DNA of 61,525 nt from Thermoplasmata archaeon (GTDB lineage: Archaea; Thermoplasmatota; Thermoplasmata; Lutacidiplasmatales; UBA184), in NCBI GenBank assembly GCA_021827405.1, contig JAKAVY010000005.1:1-61525 (forward strand), in the 5' to 3' direction. Positions 26,622 to 37,615 of this stretch are shown here, piece after piece (the first letter of the stretch is position 1; every line of letters begins with the position of its first letter). The translations under genes were made by a program, and so were the position numbers. The notes beneath the pieces are model-generated. The model was not told the DNA's origin. It did no database searches and was given only the letters and a program-made list of their open reading frames with translations.

Positions 26622-29600
26622 TCACCGGAAGTAGGTCAGGGCCTCCTGAGCCACTTCCCGGGCCCGGGCGTTCAGGCGCATGGCGTCCTCCACCCTCCCC
26701 TGGCCGAGGAGGGTCTTCTGGGTGGCCACGCTCGCCTGGAGCGTGGTCACCAGGGACCGCCGGAACGCCTCCGTCATCGCGTCGTCCAGGGCCGCCTTCC
26801 GCCCCGCGCTCGAGGTGCTCGCGGACGGTTCGGAAGCCAAGTTGGCCGGGGTCTGCGGGACGGGGCCCGAGGACGGGGGATTGGCGGTGCCCGTCTTCCG
26901 GTTCGCCCGGCGTCCACCGACGTAGGCCGTCACACCGACCACGGCTCCCACCAGCGCGATGATGGCGATGACCCCCAGGCTCCCGATGCTGTTGAACCAC
27001 AACGGGGCCACCGTGCCCTTCTTCGAGCTCAACTCGTTCTGGAGCTGGGTCACCTTCGCATTCAAGGTCGCGATGCTGGCCGTGTCGGTGGAGATCGTGC
27101 CCTGGTCCGCGTTGATGGTGGCCTGGTCCTGGGCGATGGTCTGCTTGGCCGCCGTCAACTGGGCCTGGACGTTCGCCAACTGCGCCTGCTCCGCCGAGGT
27201 GTTCCCCTGGCTGGCCGACAACTGGGCCTCAAGGCTCGACACCTGCGCGGTCAGGCTGGATACCTGTCCCTGCGCGGTGGAGAGCTCCGAGGTCAAGGTG
27301 CTGACCTGCCCCTTGAGCGTGGACACGGTGCCCGTGAGGGTCGTGACCTGCGCCGACAGGCTGGAGACCTGGCCCTGTAGAGTGGCGATGTTCGCGTTCG
27401 CGGTGTTCAGTTCCCCTTGCAGGTTGCTGACCTGCCCGCTCAGGCTGGTCACCTGGCCGTTCAGGGAGGTGATGGTCGCCTGGTCCGCCGTGATGGTCGC
27501 CTGGTCGGTGGCGAGTTCCCCGTTCAGGGTCTTCACCAACTGGCTCAGGCTGGCCGCCTCGTTGTCGGAGTACAGGGTCACCGTCCGGCTGGTGCTGGTC
27601 AGGCCCGCGACGGTCTCCGTGAACACCACCGAGTACGCACCATCCATGAGGGTGGCCGTGTTCAAGGTGTAGCTCCCGGAAATGCCGCTGGCGAGGACCT
27701 CCGACCCTCCCGCCCACTCCAAGGCAAGCGTCCCGGTGGCTCCGGGGTAGCTCGTCCCGGCGAAGGTGAAGGTGTCGTTACCCGTGACCGTCTGGGTACC
27801 CGCGCTCGAGGTCAACGTCGCCGGCAGGAACACGATGGGGTCGCTCCAGGTGATCTGGTTGACCGATTGGCTCTCGAAGCAGAACCCGAAGAAGCAGTAG
27901 CCGAACGAAAGGTCGTTCGTGCCTCCCGCCACCATGGAGATCTGGATCGGGCCCGTGATGCCGGCCGTGCTGAGGTCCACCGGGATCTGCCCGTTGAACA
28001 CCCCGCTCACGTACACCCCGTTGTTGCTGTCGTAGAACGCCGGGGGATAGGTGGTGTTCTGGTACTGGCCCGGAGAGCCTCCGATGCTGACGTTCACGTA
28101 GTTCACGTCCTTCATGCCGGAGAACGTGAGCACTCCCGTGACCGCGCCGCTGGTCGTGGTGCTGCCCGAGGTCATGGTCAGGTCCTGGGTGTTGAACGAA
28201 CCGGACTGGGGCTCGATGAACACCGTGACCGTGTTCGAGGTCAGGCCATCGTAGGTCGCGGTCAGGGTCACGACCTGGGTCGGGAGATAGCCGTTGGTCT
28301 CCGCGGTGAACGCGTTCGTCCAGAAGTTGAACTCACCGGAACCACCGGACAGGTACGTCCCGAGCGTAGCGCCCGGTGCGTAACTGGACAGCGGCATGGT
28401 GGGGTCGATGTTCTGGAAAAGCGCGACGTTCACCGAGGTCTCCGTGACCAGGGCGTTGGGGACCGGGACTCCGTTCAACGTGGCGAACCCTTCCGGGTAG
28501 ATGTTGTAGAAGCCGGTGTACCCCGTCGTGAAGGTGGTGACCTCCGCGATGGAGGTCTGGCAGATGTCGTTCACGTCCGAGACGCACAGGCTCAGCGTTC
28601 CCGAAGCGGCCGGCTGTGCCACCGCGTACGGCGCGAAGGACCACTCCTGCCCCGCCACGGAGGTGACGAGGAAGTAGCCGTACTCCGTCCCGTTGGTGAC
28701 CTCGGTGGCCGGTTGGGTGTAGGTCGGCGTGTAGGTGAACCGCCCGTGGGAGTTCGTCTGCAGGGTGGTGACCATGCCGCCGCCGTAGGTCCCGTCGTTC
28801 GCTCCGCCCGAGTAGGCCGCCACGTTGAAGATCCCCGGTTGGCCGCCCGTGGTGATGACCTCGAGGGTGTAGGTCTGTCCGCCCACGAGCGTCTCACTGG
28901 ACATCGGCATCAGGGTTCCGCCCGACGTGACGACCTCTACCTGGAAGGCAGGGTTCGTCAGGGCGAAGCCTGGCTCACCGGTCTGGCCGATGAGTTCTGC
29001 GGCCAAGGTGTCCACCTGGATCATCCCGAGTCCCTGGAGGTAGTTCCATCCACTGCCCGCCGGGTTCAGCAGGCCGTTGAACCACCAGGGAAGCACGGGG
29101 TCGTACGGTTGCTCGATGCTGAGGTTGAAGTAGTACCAATTGAAGCTGTTGATCGGTCCCCAGTCGAACCCCGTTCCCATGGCCGTCATGTCGGTGAACG
29201 GATTCGCGGAGAAGGACGAGACCCCAGCCTCATTGGCGTTGTGCGCTGCGTAGAGCATCGGGTTGATGTCTCCCATCTTCGGGGTGCCGTAGGCCACGTT
29301 GGCCTGCTCCTCGATGAGGGCCCACATCCCGGCCGTCGTGGGGGTCGCAAAGCTCGTGCCGCCGTAGTTCTCCAGCCATCCACCGAAATACTGTTCGTAG
29401 ATGGTCATGTTGAACGCTGCCGGCCCGCTCACCACCGGATCGATGGCCGCTCCCGTACTGTACGTGTCCAAGGCATTCTGGTACCAGGGCTGCTGTTCGC
29501 CGATGGACTGGCCGAAGCCACCACCTACAATCCCCTGGTACGTGCCGCCAATCCCCTCGCCGTAGCTCCAGTAGGTGAAGCTGGCGAGGCCGGTCGCTGG

Positions 29601-31478
29601 AGCCACAAAGCTGGCCGGGACACAGAACCCATAGTTACAGTAGTAGGACGGCAATCCCGTGGGGATGCACAGTCCGTTACCCGCGTAACTGTAGCCGCTG
29701 GGGCACACGACGTTGTTGGTCACGGGGAAGACGAGCCCGTTGCTCTCCGCCGTGGTCTGCCCGCCACCCACCGAGGTCGATCCCGGGGAGATGGCTGGCA
29801 TTCCAGCCTGGTTCGCCGCTAAGTACTCCGCACCGGAGTAGTCTCCACTGGCGAAGAAGTTGGTGACGCCCACCGCGTTCAGTTGCTCCAGCAGGGTGTT
29901 CTCCACGGTCAGGTACATAGGAGAGCCGTAGAAGGCCGCGTACTCCTCCCCCTCACCGTAGCTGTTCGAGGTGATGGAGATGGAGCCCGCTCCCGGGGGC
30001 AAGGTCTGGGTGCTCACCGGTTGGGCCCCAACGGCGACGACCGTCCCCACGCTTGCGGGGAGGGTGGTCTGTCCCTGGCTCAGGTACTGGGCAACATCGG
30101 AGAAGACCGTGTTGAAGGCCGAGAAGTCCGCGCTCCCGGCAGCCACGATGTCAATGTGTGCCATCGGGGCCATGGTCGCCGCGTACTCCACGTCCAAGGC
30201 GGTCTCGATGGTCCACCCATTGAAGAGTCCGTTGAACATACATCCGTTGTAGTTGTTGTTCGGGAAGAAGGCGCCCGGAGTGTTCAGACCAATCTGGGTG
30301 ATGCGGTTCACCAAGGGGGTTCCCGGCTGACTGGGGTTGGTCCAGACCTGGTTCGAGAACGACTGGATGGTCCCCGTGTCCAAGCACCCAACCTCGACCA
30401 AGGCGATGGTGACGCCCTGCCCCATGTCCGGCTCAGAGGCGATGGTCGTGGAGCCACTCCACAGGTTCGAGGCACCCGTCATGGCGTGGAGGGTGCTGGG
30501 GAAGAGAGTCTGGGACGCCGTACAGCCAATCCCGAAGAAGGAACAGTCGAAGCTGAACGGGTCACCAGGGGCCCAAGTGTAGTTCGCCCCGGCGAGGCCC
30601 TGGATTTGATCCAAGCCGTATGTGTTCGGCCCGGCGGGACCGGTGTACGGTACAGATTGGAGGCTTCCAGGGTGGGATGCGTTGTACGCCTCCTCTAGCG
30701 CCGCCAAGTTCTGCCCGGGTCCGAGGTTCAGGGGGGCCACAATGGACGGCTGAGCCGTGAGCCCCGCAAGTCCCGCTACCCCGCTGATTGCCCCCGAGAT
30801 GGAGGCCGGCAGGGCCAAGGGCTGCGTGTTCGCGTAGAAGCCCGGCGCGTAGGTCGTGCTTCCCGCCACCGCGCTCCCGTTCCCGTAGAGTGGGTTCCAC
30901 ATGCCTTGGGACTGGTACTCACGGGCGAAGGGCGTGATCGTGGTGTGGAAGGCCGCCGACATCTGCGAAGGCGTCCCGCTCACCGTCAACGACAGTAAAC
31001 CGGAGCTCAACTGTACCGAGAGGCCGTAGCCCTCGAAGTAGTTGACCACCGAGGCGTAGCTGGAACTCCCGAACTCACTACCGAACTGCCCAATGGTCAA
31101 AAAGTGCCGGTAGGCAGGGTTGTTCGGATTGTTCAGCTCGTTGATGAAGGTGCTCAGGCTCTGGCTCGGGTTCAGGGTCACCGTGGCCGTGACCGCCGAC
31201 GGGAGCGGGGAAGCTCCTGCCGGGACGCTGGCCTGAGGCAACACCGTGTACTGCCCAAGCACGCTGGGTCCGTTCGGCGATAGGCCGCTGGCACTATTGG
31301 CAAGGGGAGTGATAGGTCCGCTGGCCGCGGGGGCCACGGGGGCCGAAGCCGCCGTGACGGATCCTGATGCCGAGGCTGGCAGGAAGGCAATCACGCCCAC
31401 CACCATGCTCAGCACCATGACCGCTGCCACCAGCAGGGCCACACTCTTTCGCCAAGGGCGTTCGCTCTGTTCCGTCAT
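26622..31478 (-). CDS. Membrane-anchored sedolisin/kumamolisin (S53) protease with prodomain and coiled-coil stalk
   Basis: Signal peptide; prodomain (YRHFLT..QF...FG); ETALDVEY (Glu/Asp), ASGD (oxyanion), GGTSFATP (Ser), W....GLG; about 160 aa of heptad repeats; TM and cytoplasmic tail. Confidence 0.92.
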   Translation of the reverse strand: MTEQSERPWRKSVALLVAAVMVLSMVVGVIAFLPASASGSVTAASAPVAPAASGPITPLANSASGLSPNGPSVLGQYTVLPQASVPAGASPLPSAVTATVTLNPSQSLSTFINELNNPNNPAYRHFLTIGQFGSEFGSSSYASVVNYFEGYGLSVQLSSGLLSLTVSGTPSQMSAAFHTTITPFAREYQSQGMWNPLYGNGSAVAGSTTYAPGFYANTQPLALPASISGAISGVAGLAGLTAQPSIVAPLNLGPGQNLAALEEAYNASHPGSLQSVPYTGPAGPNTYGLDQIQGLAGANYTWAPGDPFSFDCSFFGIGCTASQTLFPSTLHAMTGASNLWSGSTTIASEPDMGQGVTIALVEVGCLDTGTIQSFSNQVWTNPSQPGTPLVNRITQIGLNTPGAFFPNNNYNGCMFNGLFNGWTIETALDVEYAATMAPMAHIDIVAAGSADFSAFNTVFSDVAQYLSQGQTTLPASVGTVVAVGAQPVSTQTLPPGAGSISITSNSYGEGEEYAAFYGSPMYLTVENTLLEQLNAVGVTNFFASGDYSGAEYLAANQAGMPAISPGSTSVGGGQTTAESNGLVFPVTNNVVCPSGYSYAGNGLCIPTGLPSYYCNYGFCVPASFVAPATGLASFTYWSYGEGIGGTYQGIVGGGFGQSIGEQQPWYQNALDTYSTGAAIDPVVSGPAAFNMTIYEQYFGGWLENYGGTSFATPTTAGMWALIEEQANVAYGTPKMGDINPMLYAAHNANEAGVSSFSANPFTDMTAMGTGFDWGPINSFNWYYFNLSIEQPYDPVLPWWFNGLLNPAGSGWNYLQGLGMIQVDTLAAELIGQTGEPGFALTNPAFQVEVVTSGGTLMPMSSETLVGGQTYTLEVITTGGQPGIFNVAAYSGGANDGTYGGGMVTTLQTNSHGRFTYTPTYTQPATEVTNGTEYGYFLVTSVAGQEWSFAPYAVAQPAASGTLSLCVSDVNDICQTSIAEVTTFTTGYTGFYNIYPEGFATLNGVPVPNALVTETSVNVALFQNIDPTMPLSSYAPGATLGTYLSGGSGEFNFWTNAFTAETNGYLPTQVVTLTATYDGLTSNTVTVFIEPQSGSFNTQDLTMTSGSTTTSGAVTGVLTFSGMKDVNYVNVSIGGSPGQYQNTTYPPAFYDSNNGVYVSGVFNGQIPVDLSTAGITGPIQISMVAGGTNDLSFGYCFFGFCFESQSVNQITWSDPIVFLPATLTSSAGTQTVTGNDTFTFAGTSYPGATGTLALEWAGGSEVLASGISGSYTLNTATLMDGAYSVVFTETVAGLTSTSRTVTLYSDNEAASLSQLVKTLNGELATDQATITADQATITSLNGQVTSLSGQVSNLQGELNTANANIATLQGQVSSLSAQVTTLTGTVSTLKGQVSTLTSELSTAQGQVSSLTAQVSSLEAQLSASQGNTSAEQAQLANVQAQLTAAKQTIAQDQATINADQGTISTDTASIATLNAKVTQLQNELSSKKGTVAPLWFNSIGSLGVIAIIALVGAVVGVTAYVGGRRANRKTGTANPPSSGPVPQTPANLASEPSASTSSAGRKAALDDAMTEAFRRSLVTTLQASVATQKTLLGQGRVEDAMRLNARAREVAQEALTYFR

Positions 31479-31736
31479 ACGGTTCCTTCCGGTCCATTAC
31501 AGACCATGCCTGGGACAATCCATGGTATACTTAATCATGTCGCAGTTTTGCAAGGGGGGGGCCTGACCCCGGGTCTCCCGGACGGCGGGTGGACCCCTCT
31601 CGATGCGCACCCCGAAGACCGAGAGGCACGCGGCGTTCGCTCGACCGGGCCCGGTTCCACCGAGGGCATGGGAACGGGTCCCGGGTAACGTGTCGATACT
31701 AAACGTAAGGTTTAAGGACCCCCGGGGAGAGTATAG

Positions 31737-31931
31737 ATGTTCATGAGCCTACACGGCCGTGAACGAGGCAGTCCCCGACCGGCGGTCTACACCGTGTTGC
31801 TTCAGGTGAAGATCTCCCGAGAGTCGAACGAACTGCTCAAGCGCGTTGCCACCAAGAACTACCGGACCCGGTCCCAGGAGGCCCGGCTCGCGTTGGAGAC
31901 CCATCTGAGGAAGGTCGGCATCCGGAGCTGA
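31737..31931 (+). CDS. Small Arc/CopG-like ribbon-helix-helix protein
   Basis: LLQVKISRESNELLKRVATKNYRTRSQEARLALETHL beta-alpha-alpha pattern; TTTAAG box about 25 nt upstream. Confidence 0.7.
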   Translation: MFMSLHGRERGSPRPAVYTVLLQVKISRESNELLKRVATKNYRTRSQEARLALETHLRKVGIRS

Positions 31932-32366
31932 GGGGCCCAGGTCCCATTCGCCAGGGATTCGGGGGCCCGGAAAGGTCCGCCCGAAGCCTTTCCGAGGGAG
32001 CGAGCGTCTGTCCCCCGGAGTTGTGGCTACGTTTTGAATGCGGGAGTCCCGTCCTTCCGCCTCCCTCCCGGGGTCCGCTTGCCGGGGTCGTCCGTTCCGA
32101 TACGACCCGACCCGTGGGAACCGGGTCCATCGTTTGGGTGGGGCCGGGCGAAGGCCAGGGGCCCACCGGCTCCAATGGACCCCCTCCCGGGCCGAAGCCG
32201 ACATGAATGCCCGGCTAGTTTCGGAAAGAGATGTTCCCTTGGACGAGGGGCAGCGAGGTGGCCCCCCGTCCCGGGACGAAGGGCAACTGAAAAGGGGAGG
32301 ACCCGGGAGCCTCCCGGGGGAAGGGTACGGGCTTTGTACTGATCGGGTCTACACCCCCGCGGAAGC

Positions 32367-33329
32367 ATGACCACACCCTCGCCCTCCGGCCCCCCTCGTG
32401 ATGCGAGCCCGTCGCGCCTCCTTCGCCGGGGCAAGGTGAAGGAGGTCTGGGAGATCTCCCCCACCGAGCTCGAGTTCGTCTTCAGTGACGACATCAGCGT
32501 CTTCGACAAGCGCATCCCGAACCCCATCCCGCACAAGGGGGAGTCCCTCGCCCGGACCGCGGCGCACTGGTTCGAGCTCTGCGCCCGGGAAGGGGTGAAC
32601 CACCACTTCCTGAGGCTCTCCGGTCCGAACAAGATGCGGGTCCGGCGGGTCGAGGTGGTGGAGCATCCGAAGCCCTCGGCCCACCCGAAACGGTTGTTCA
32701 TCCCGCTGGAGTTCGTGGTCCGCTACTACGTCGCCGGGAGCCTCTGGGACCGGGTCCAGGCCGGGAAGGCCACCGCCCCGGAGCTGGGCTTCCCGGCGGG
32801 ACACCGGCCGGCCTTCGGGGAGAAGCTCCCGGAACCGCTCTTCGAGGTCACCACCAAGCTCGAGAAGGTGGACCGGCTCCTCACCTTCCCGGAGGCCGCC
32901 GGGGTGGGGGGGATCTCCTCGGCCACCCTGGAGGAGGTCCGGGAGATCATTTTGAGGATAGACGCGGCCCTCCAGCGGGAGATCGGACCCCGGGGACTGC
33001 TGCACGTGGACGGGAAGAAGGAGTTCGGTTTCGATGAGGACGGACGGCTGATGGTGGTGGACACCTTCGGCACCGCGGACGAGGATCGGTTCTGGGACGC
33101 CAAGGCCTACGCGGCCGGGGAGACCAAGGACTTCTCCAAGGAGTTCGTCCGCCAGCACTACCGACGGTCCGGCTACCACAGTGCGCTCACCAGCGCCCGG
33201 GAGCAGCACCGGGACGAGCCCCCCATCCCCCCGCTGCCCCCCGAACTGGTCGCCGAGGTCTCCCACCTGTACACCGGGGTCTTCGAACGATTGACCGGCG
33301 AACCGTTCGCCGGCGGTCCCCCCCACTGA
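32367..33329 (+). CDS. purC: SAICAR synthetase
   Basis: GKVKEVW, SDDISVFD, HKGESL, IPLEFVVRYYVAGSL, TTK, VDGKKEFG, T.DEDRFW, SKEFVR. Confidence 0.95.
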   Translation: MTTPSPSGPPRDASPSRLLRRGKVKEVWEISPTELEFVFSDDISVFDKRIPNPIPHKGESLARTAAHWFELCAREGVNHHFLRLSGPNKMRVRRVEVVEHPKPSAHPKRLFIPLEFVVRYYVAGSLWDRVQAGKATAPELGFPAGHRPAFGEKLPEPLFEVTTKLEKVDRLLTFPEAAGVGGISSATLEEVREIILRIDAALQREIGPRGLLHVDGKKEFGFDEDGRLMVVDTFGTADEDRFWDAKAYAAGETKDFSKEFVRQHYRRSGYHSALTSAREQHRDEPPIPPLPPELVAEVSHLYTGVFERLTGEPFAGGPPH

Positions 33330-33446
33330 CGGGACCCCCTTTCGGGGGACCACTGGACGCCGGCGCCCGGGGCGCCCTCCGCATCCCCGGGGTGTTTCAT
33401 CCCCTCCCCCCGGCGTATATATGGGCCGGCCGGGCTCCGAGTCCCG

Positions 33447-34433
33447 ATGAGCCCCAAGACCGCCAAGGCCGGGAACGAGAAGGAGGACGGGGAAGAGCCC
33501 GCGGAACTGGAGGACCTCCCCGGCGTGGGGCAAGCCACCGCCGAGAAGCTCCGGGAGGCCGGCTATGCCGACCTCATGGAGCTCGCGGTGGCCTCCCCGG
33601 ACGACGTGGCGACGGCGGCGGAGATCGGGGAGGGGGCCGCCCAGAAGATCATCCAGGAGGCCCGCAAACGCGTCCAGGTGGGCGGGTTCGAGTCGGGCAG
33701 CGCCATCCTGGAACGGCGACGGAAGCTCGGGCGGATCACCACCATGTCGAAGGCCCTCGACGAGCTCCTCGGCGGCGGGGTGGAGACCCAGGCCATCACG
33801 GAGGTCTACGGTCAGTTCGGCAGCGGCAAGACCCAGCTCGGATTGGAGCTCTCGGCCACGGTGCAGCTCCCCCCGGAACAGGGAGGGCTCTCCGGAGAGG
33901 CCGTCTGGATCGACACGGAGAACACCTTCCGGGCCGAACGCCTCTCCGAGGTGGCCCGCGCCCTGGGCCTGGAACAGGAGAAGGCGCTCGAGCACGTGCA
34001 CGTGGCCCGGGCGTTCAATTCCAACCACCAGGAGCTCTTGGTCCCGAAGGCCTTCGAGCTGGCCCGAGAGCGGCCGGTCCGTCTCCTGGTGGTGGACTCC
34101 CTCACCGCCCACTTCCGGGCCGAGTTCCTGGGACGGGGGGCCCTGGCCGACCGGCAGCAGCGGCTCAACCGCCACATGCACGAGCTCCTGCGCTTCGGGG
34201 ACGTCTTCAACGCGGCCATCCTCTGCACCAACCAGGTCTCGGCGCGGCCCGACGTGCTCTTCGGCGACCCGACCGGGCCCATCGGCGGGAACATCGTGGG
34301 CCACACGGCCACCTACCGGGTGTACCTCCGGAAGTCCAAGCCCCCCCGCCGGATCGCCCGGTTGGTGGACTCCCCCAACCTCCCGGAAGGCGAGGCGGTC
34401 TTCTCCGTCACCGGCGAGGGGATCCGGGACTGA
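33447..34433 (+). CDS. radA: DNA repair and recombination protein RadA
   Basis: N-terminal Hh[43 protein letters not shown]. Confidence 0.97.
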   Translation: MSPKTAKAGNEKEDGEEPAELEDLPGVGQATAEKLREAGYADLMELAVASPDDVATAAEIGEGAAQKIIQEARKRVQVGGFESGSAILERRRKLGRITTMSKALDELLGGGVETQAITEVYGQFGSGKTQLGLELSATVQLPPEQGGLSGEAVWIDTENTFRAERLSEVARALGLEQEKALEHVHVARAFNSNHQELLVPKAFELARERPVRLLVVDSLTAHFRAEFLGRGALADRQQRLNRHMHELLRFGDVFNAAILCTNQVSARPDVLFGDPTGPIGGNIVGHTATYRVYLRKSKPPRRIARLVDSPNLPEGEAVFSVTGEGIRD

Positions 34434-34446
34434 CCCCTTCGGCCCC

Positions 34447-35118
34447 TCAGCGGCCCCGGACCTCCGCCTTGGGCGTTCCGAAGTGCCCGACGGGCGTGAG
34501 GGGGAAGAGGGCCCCGGCGGCGGTGCCGCTGGCCGGATGCGCGCTCACGTTGAAGAACCCGAACATCCCGAGGTCATAGTGCCCCGGGACCTCGCAGATG
34601 TACCGGTAGCTCCCCGTGGTGTTCGTCCAGAAGGAGAACTCGGCCTGACTTCCGGGGGCCAGGCCGGTGAAGCGCGTGGAGTTGGAGAAGCCGGCCCCGG
34701 GGAAGGCCGGCAGGGAGGTGGCGGTCCCGTTCGCGGGGATCAGCACCCAACTGTGGTTGAAGGGGGACTGCGGCGACACCTGGTAGGTCACGAAGACGTG
34801 GCTCCCGTTCGCCACGAGCACGCAGGGGCCGGGGATCGACCCGTTGAAGTTGATGCCCGAGTTCACGGAGGGCTCGCCCCCGATGAACAGGAAGTGGAAG
34901 GTGCCCAGGCCGTCGGCCCCCTCGCACGCGGTCGGCCTCGGGGCCGGGGCGGGGGACGGGGAGGACGCCGGGTAGAGATTGTAGACGGTGACGAAGGTGA
35001 TGGCCCCCACCACCAGGACCAGCCCCACGATGACCGGGGCCCAGCGCCGGAGGGCGCTCTTCGGAGGGGGAAGGATCGGCTCCTCGTTCCCGGGTCTGGC
35101 GAGGGGGGGCGTGGTCAT
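34447..35118 (-). CDS. Membrane-anchored blue copper protein (sulfocyanin/rusticyanin-like)
   Basis: N-terminal TM; NFNG, NHSWVL (His ligand), YICEVPGHYDLGM (C-x4-H-x4-M). Start 35118 or 35148. Confidence 0.88.
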   Translation of the reverse strand: MTTPPLARPGNEEPILPPPKSALRRWAPVIVGLVLVVGAITFVTVYNLYPASSPSPAPAPRPTACEGADGLGTFHFLFIGGEPSVNSGINFNGSIPGPCVLVANGSHVFVTYQVSPQSPFNHSWVLIPANGTATSLPAFPGAGFSNSTRFTGLAPGSQAEFSFWTNTTGSYRYICEVPGHYDLGMFGFFNVSAHPASGTAAGALFPLTPVGHFGTPKAEVRGR

Positions 35119-35387
35119 GATGACCGGGCCAATCGACCCCTCCGCCATATAGCTTCGGGGAAACCGGGGAAGGGGCGGACGCGCTGGGCAGGAAGAGGGC
35201 CGCCTCCTGACGAGGTGAGAGCGGGGCCGTCCCTCTCTCTCAAAGGGGACCGGGCCAGGCGATGATCTGGCGGACGGCAGGGCCCGGCGGGACCTCGCCG
35301 CGCCAGGCGGCCGGGGGACCCCCCCACCGGCCCGCTTGGGGCCATCGGGAAACCCTAAAGCCCTTCCCCCTCCGTGGCCGGCCTCCC

Positions 35388-36923
35388 ATGCCGACCATCC
35401 TCCTCGGGGGACCCCCCCTCACCCGGGACCAGGTGGTCGCGGTGGCCCGGGAGGGCGTGGACGTGGCCTTGGACCCCCGGGCCCGGGACCGGATGCAGCG
35501 CTCCCGGGAGGTGGTCGAGCACGCCGCCGCGTCCGCCGAGCCGGTCTACGGCATCAACACCGGCTTCGGCGCCCTCTCCGACCAGTGGGTCCCCGGACCG
35601 GAGCGCCTCCGGCTCCAGCTGAACCTCATCCGCTCCCACTCGAGCGGGGTGGGGACCCCGCTCCCCCGGACCCTGGTCCGGGCCATGATGCTGCTGCGGG
35701 CACAAGGGCTCTCCCAAGGCGCTTCCGGCGTCCGCCCCGTGGTGGTGGAGACCCTGGCGGCGTGGCTCAACGCCGGGCTCACCCCCGTGGTGCCGGGGAC
35801 CGGCTCCGTGGGAGCCTCCGGGGACCTGGCCCCTCTGGCGCACCTGGCCCTGGCCCTAGTGGGGGAAGGGGTCGTGGAAGGTCCCGACGGGAGGCCACGC
35901 CCGGCCGGGGAGGCCCTCGCGGAGCATGGGCTCCCACCCCTGGTCCTCCAGGTGAAGGAGGGAATCAGCCTGGTGAACGGGACCGCCCTCATGGCCTCCG
36001 AGCTCGCCTTCCTCGTCCACGACGGCTACCGTCTCCTCCGGGCCGCCGAGTTCGCTTCCGCCATGAGCTTCGACGCCTTGCGGGGGAACCTGGACTCCCT
36101 GGACCCACGGGTCCATCAGGCCCGGGGGTTCCCGGCCCAGGCGGAAGAGGCCGAGAACCTCCGGGCCCTCCTCTCGGGGAGCGCGCTCTCCCACCCGGGC
36201 GAGGGGGCCACCGGGCAGGACCCCTACGTGCTACGCTGTCTCCCGCAGGTGCTCGGGGCCACCCGCCAGGGCCTGCGCTGGGCCGACGAGCTCCTGGCCC
36301 ATGAGATCAATGCCGTCTCCGACAATCCCCTGGTCTTCGACGGGGCCATCCTCTCCGGGGGGAACTTCCACGGACAGCCCCTCGCCCTGGCCCTGGACAC
36401 CCTCGCCCTCGCCCTGAGCTACGTGGGGACGATCTCCGAGCGTCGTGTGGCCCGCCTCGTCGATGCCAAGCTCTCCCGGGGCCTTCCCGCCTTCCTTTCC
36501 GGGAGCCCGGGGTCCGCCTCCGGTTACATGATCCCCCCCTACGTGGCCGCGGCGCTGGTGGCGGAGAACCAGCTCTCCGTCCACCCGGCCAGCGCCCTCT
36601 CCCTCCCCACCTCGGCGAACCAGGAGGACTTCAACAGCCAGGGCGCCACGGCGGGGGCCAAGGGCCGTCACCTGCTGGAGAACCTCTTCCGGGGAGTGGC
36701 GGTGGAGTTCCTTCTGGCCGGGCAGGCCCTAGAACTGCGTCGCCCGTTGCGCGGAGGGGTGGGGAGCGAGGCGGCGCTGGCCGCCCTGAGGCGGCGGGTC
36801 CCGCCGCTGACGGAGGACCGCCCCCCCGCCCCGGACCTCGAAGGGATCTTCCGGGGCCTGATGGACGGCACCCTTCTCCGGGAGATGGAGGAGACCATCG
36901 TCTCCGGAGGCCCGCCGCGTTAG
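35388..36923 (+). CDS. hutH: Histidine ammonia-lyase
   Basis: YGINTGFG, NLIRSH, GSVGASGDLAPLAH (MIO), KEG.SLVNGT, QDPY.LRC.PQ, DNP, GGNFHG, NQED. Confidence 0.93.
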   Translation: MPTILLGGPPLTRDQVVAVAREGVDVALDPRARDRMQRSREVVEHAAASAEPVYGINTGFGALSDQWVPGPERLRLQLNLIRSHSSGVGTPLPRTLVRAMMLLRAQGLSQGASGVRPVVVETLAAWLNAGLTPVVPGTGSVGASGDLAPLAHLALALVGEGVVEGPDGRPRPAGEALAEHGLPPLVLQVKEGISLVNGTALMASELAFLVHDGYRLLRAAEFASAMSFDALRGNLDSLDPRVHQARGFPAQAEEAENLRALLSGSALSHPGEGATGQDPYVLRCLPQVLGATRQGLRWADELLAHEINAVSDNPLVFDGAILSGGNFHGQPLALALDTLALALSYVGTISERRVARLVDAKLSRGLPAFLSGSPGSASGYMIPPYVAAALVAENQLSVHPASALSLPTSANQEDFNSQGATAGAKGRHLLENLFRGVAVEFLLAGQALELRRPLRGGVGSEAALAALRRRVPPLTEDRPPAPDLEGIFRGLMDGTLLREMEETIVSGGPPR

Positions 36924-37048
36924 CCCCGTTCTCCCCCGGAGGGGGACCGGGGGGTCGGGGAGGCCTTCGCGAGGTGAACCTAAGGTATTTAAGGGACGGT
37001 TTCGCTTTGTTACAAGATACCCGTCCAGGGTATCGAGGCGGTGAGATC

Positions 37049-37615
37049 GTGGTGGCGCTCAGTGCCCATGAGCGGGAGTTCCTCCTCTCCCTGCTGGAGG
37101 ACGGGATGCTGAGCAATACCGAGGTGGCGACGCGCCTGGGCATCAGCCCCACCGCGGCCCGGAAGATCCGGCTGAAGCTGGAACGCACGGGGATCATCCA
37201 GGGGTACCGCCCCGTGCTCAACCTGGGGGCGCTCGGGGTGGAGGTCTTCACCCTCCTGGAGCTCCGGCTCACCCCGAAGGGATGGGCCGCCGGGGGGGGC
37301 GCGGGGGTCCAGGCCGACCTCCTCAAGCACGACCACGTCCTCGCCCTCTACCGCCTCCCCGAGGGGGAGGTGAGCCACCTGGTCCTCACCGGCTTCCGAA
37401 ACATGGAAGAGGTCGACCGCTTCCTCCATGTGCTGCAGTCGCAGTATTCCGAATATCTGGAGATCCATCGGGCGTATACCTTGTCGCACAAGAGCATTCT
37501 TAAGGAGAACCCCGCTACCTTGCTCACGAAAGTACTGCTGGAGGGGGAGGAGGCACGGCTGCCCGGCGGGCTCCGTCCCACCCCCGCCCCGCTCCCGGGA
37601 GGCGAAGAGGATTGA
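37049..37615 (+). CDS. Lrp/AsnC family transcriptional regulator
   Basis: LLEDGMLSNTEVATRLGISPTAARKIRLKLERTGIIQGYRPVLN...LG; TATTTAA box at about 36986; SD GGTGA. Confidence 0.88.
   Translation: MVALSAHEREFLLSLLEDGMLSNTEVATRLGISPTAARKIRLKLERTGIIQGYRPVLNLGALGVEVFTLLELRLTPKGWAAGGGAGVQADLLKHDHVLALYRLPEGEVSHLVLTGFRNMEEVDRFLHVLQSQYSEYLEIHRAYTLSHKSILKENPATLLTKVLLEGEEARLPGGLRPTPAPLPGGEED

Noticed and set aside
27050..27520. DNA tandem repeats in the S53 gene
   Set aside because: Imperfect 21-nt periodicity simply reflects coiled-coil heptads.
31932..32366. GC-rich intergenic stretch with short ORFs and possible hairpins
   Set aside because: No recognisable ncRNA consensus or protein motif.
35195..35250. 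CTGACGAG followed by a hairpin, resembling a hammerhead core
   Set aside because: The required GAAA and flanking stems are absent.
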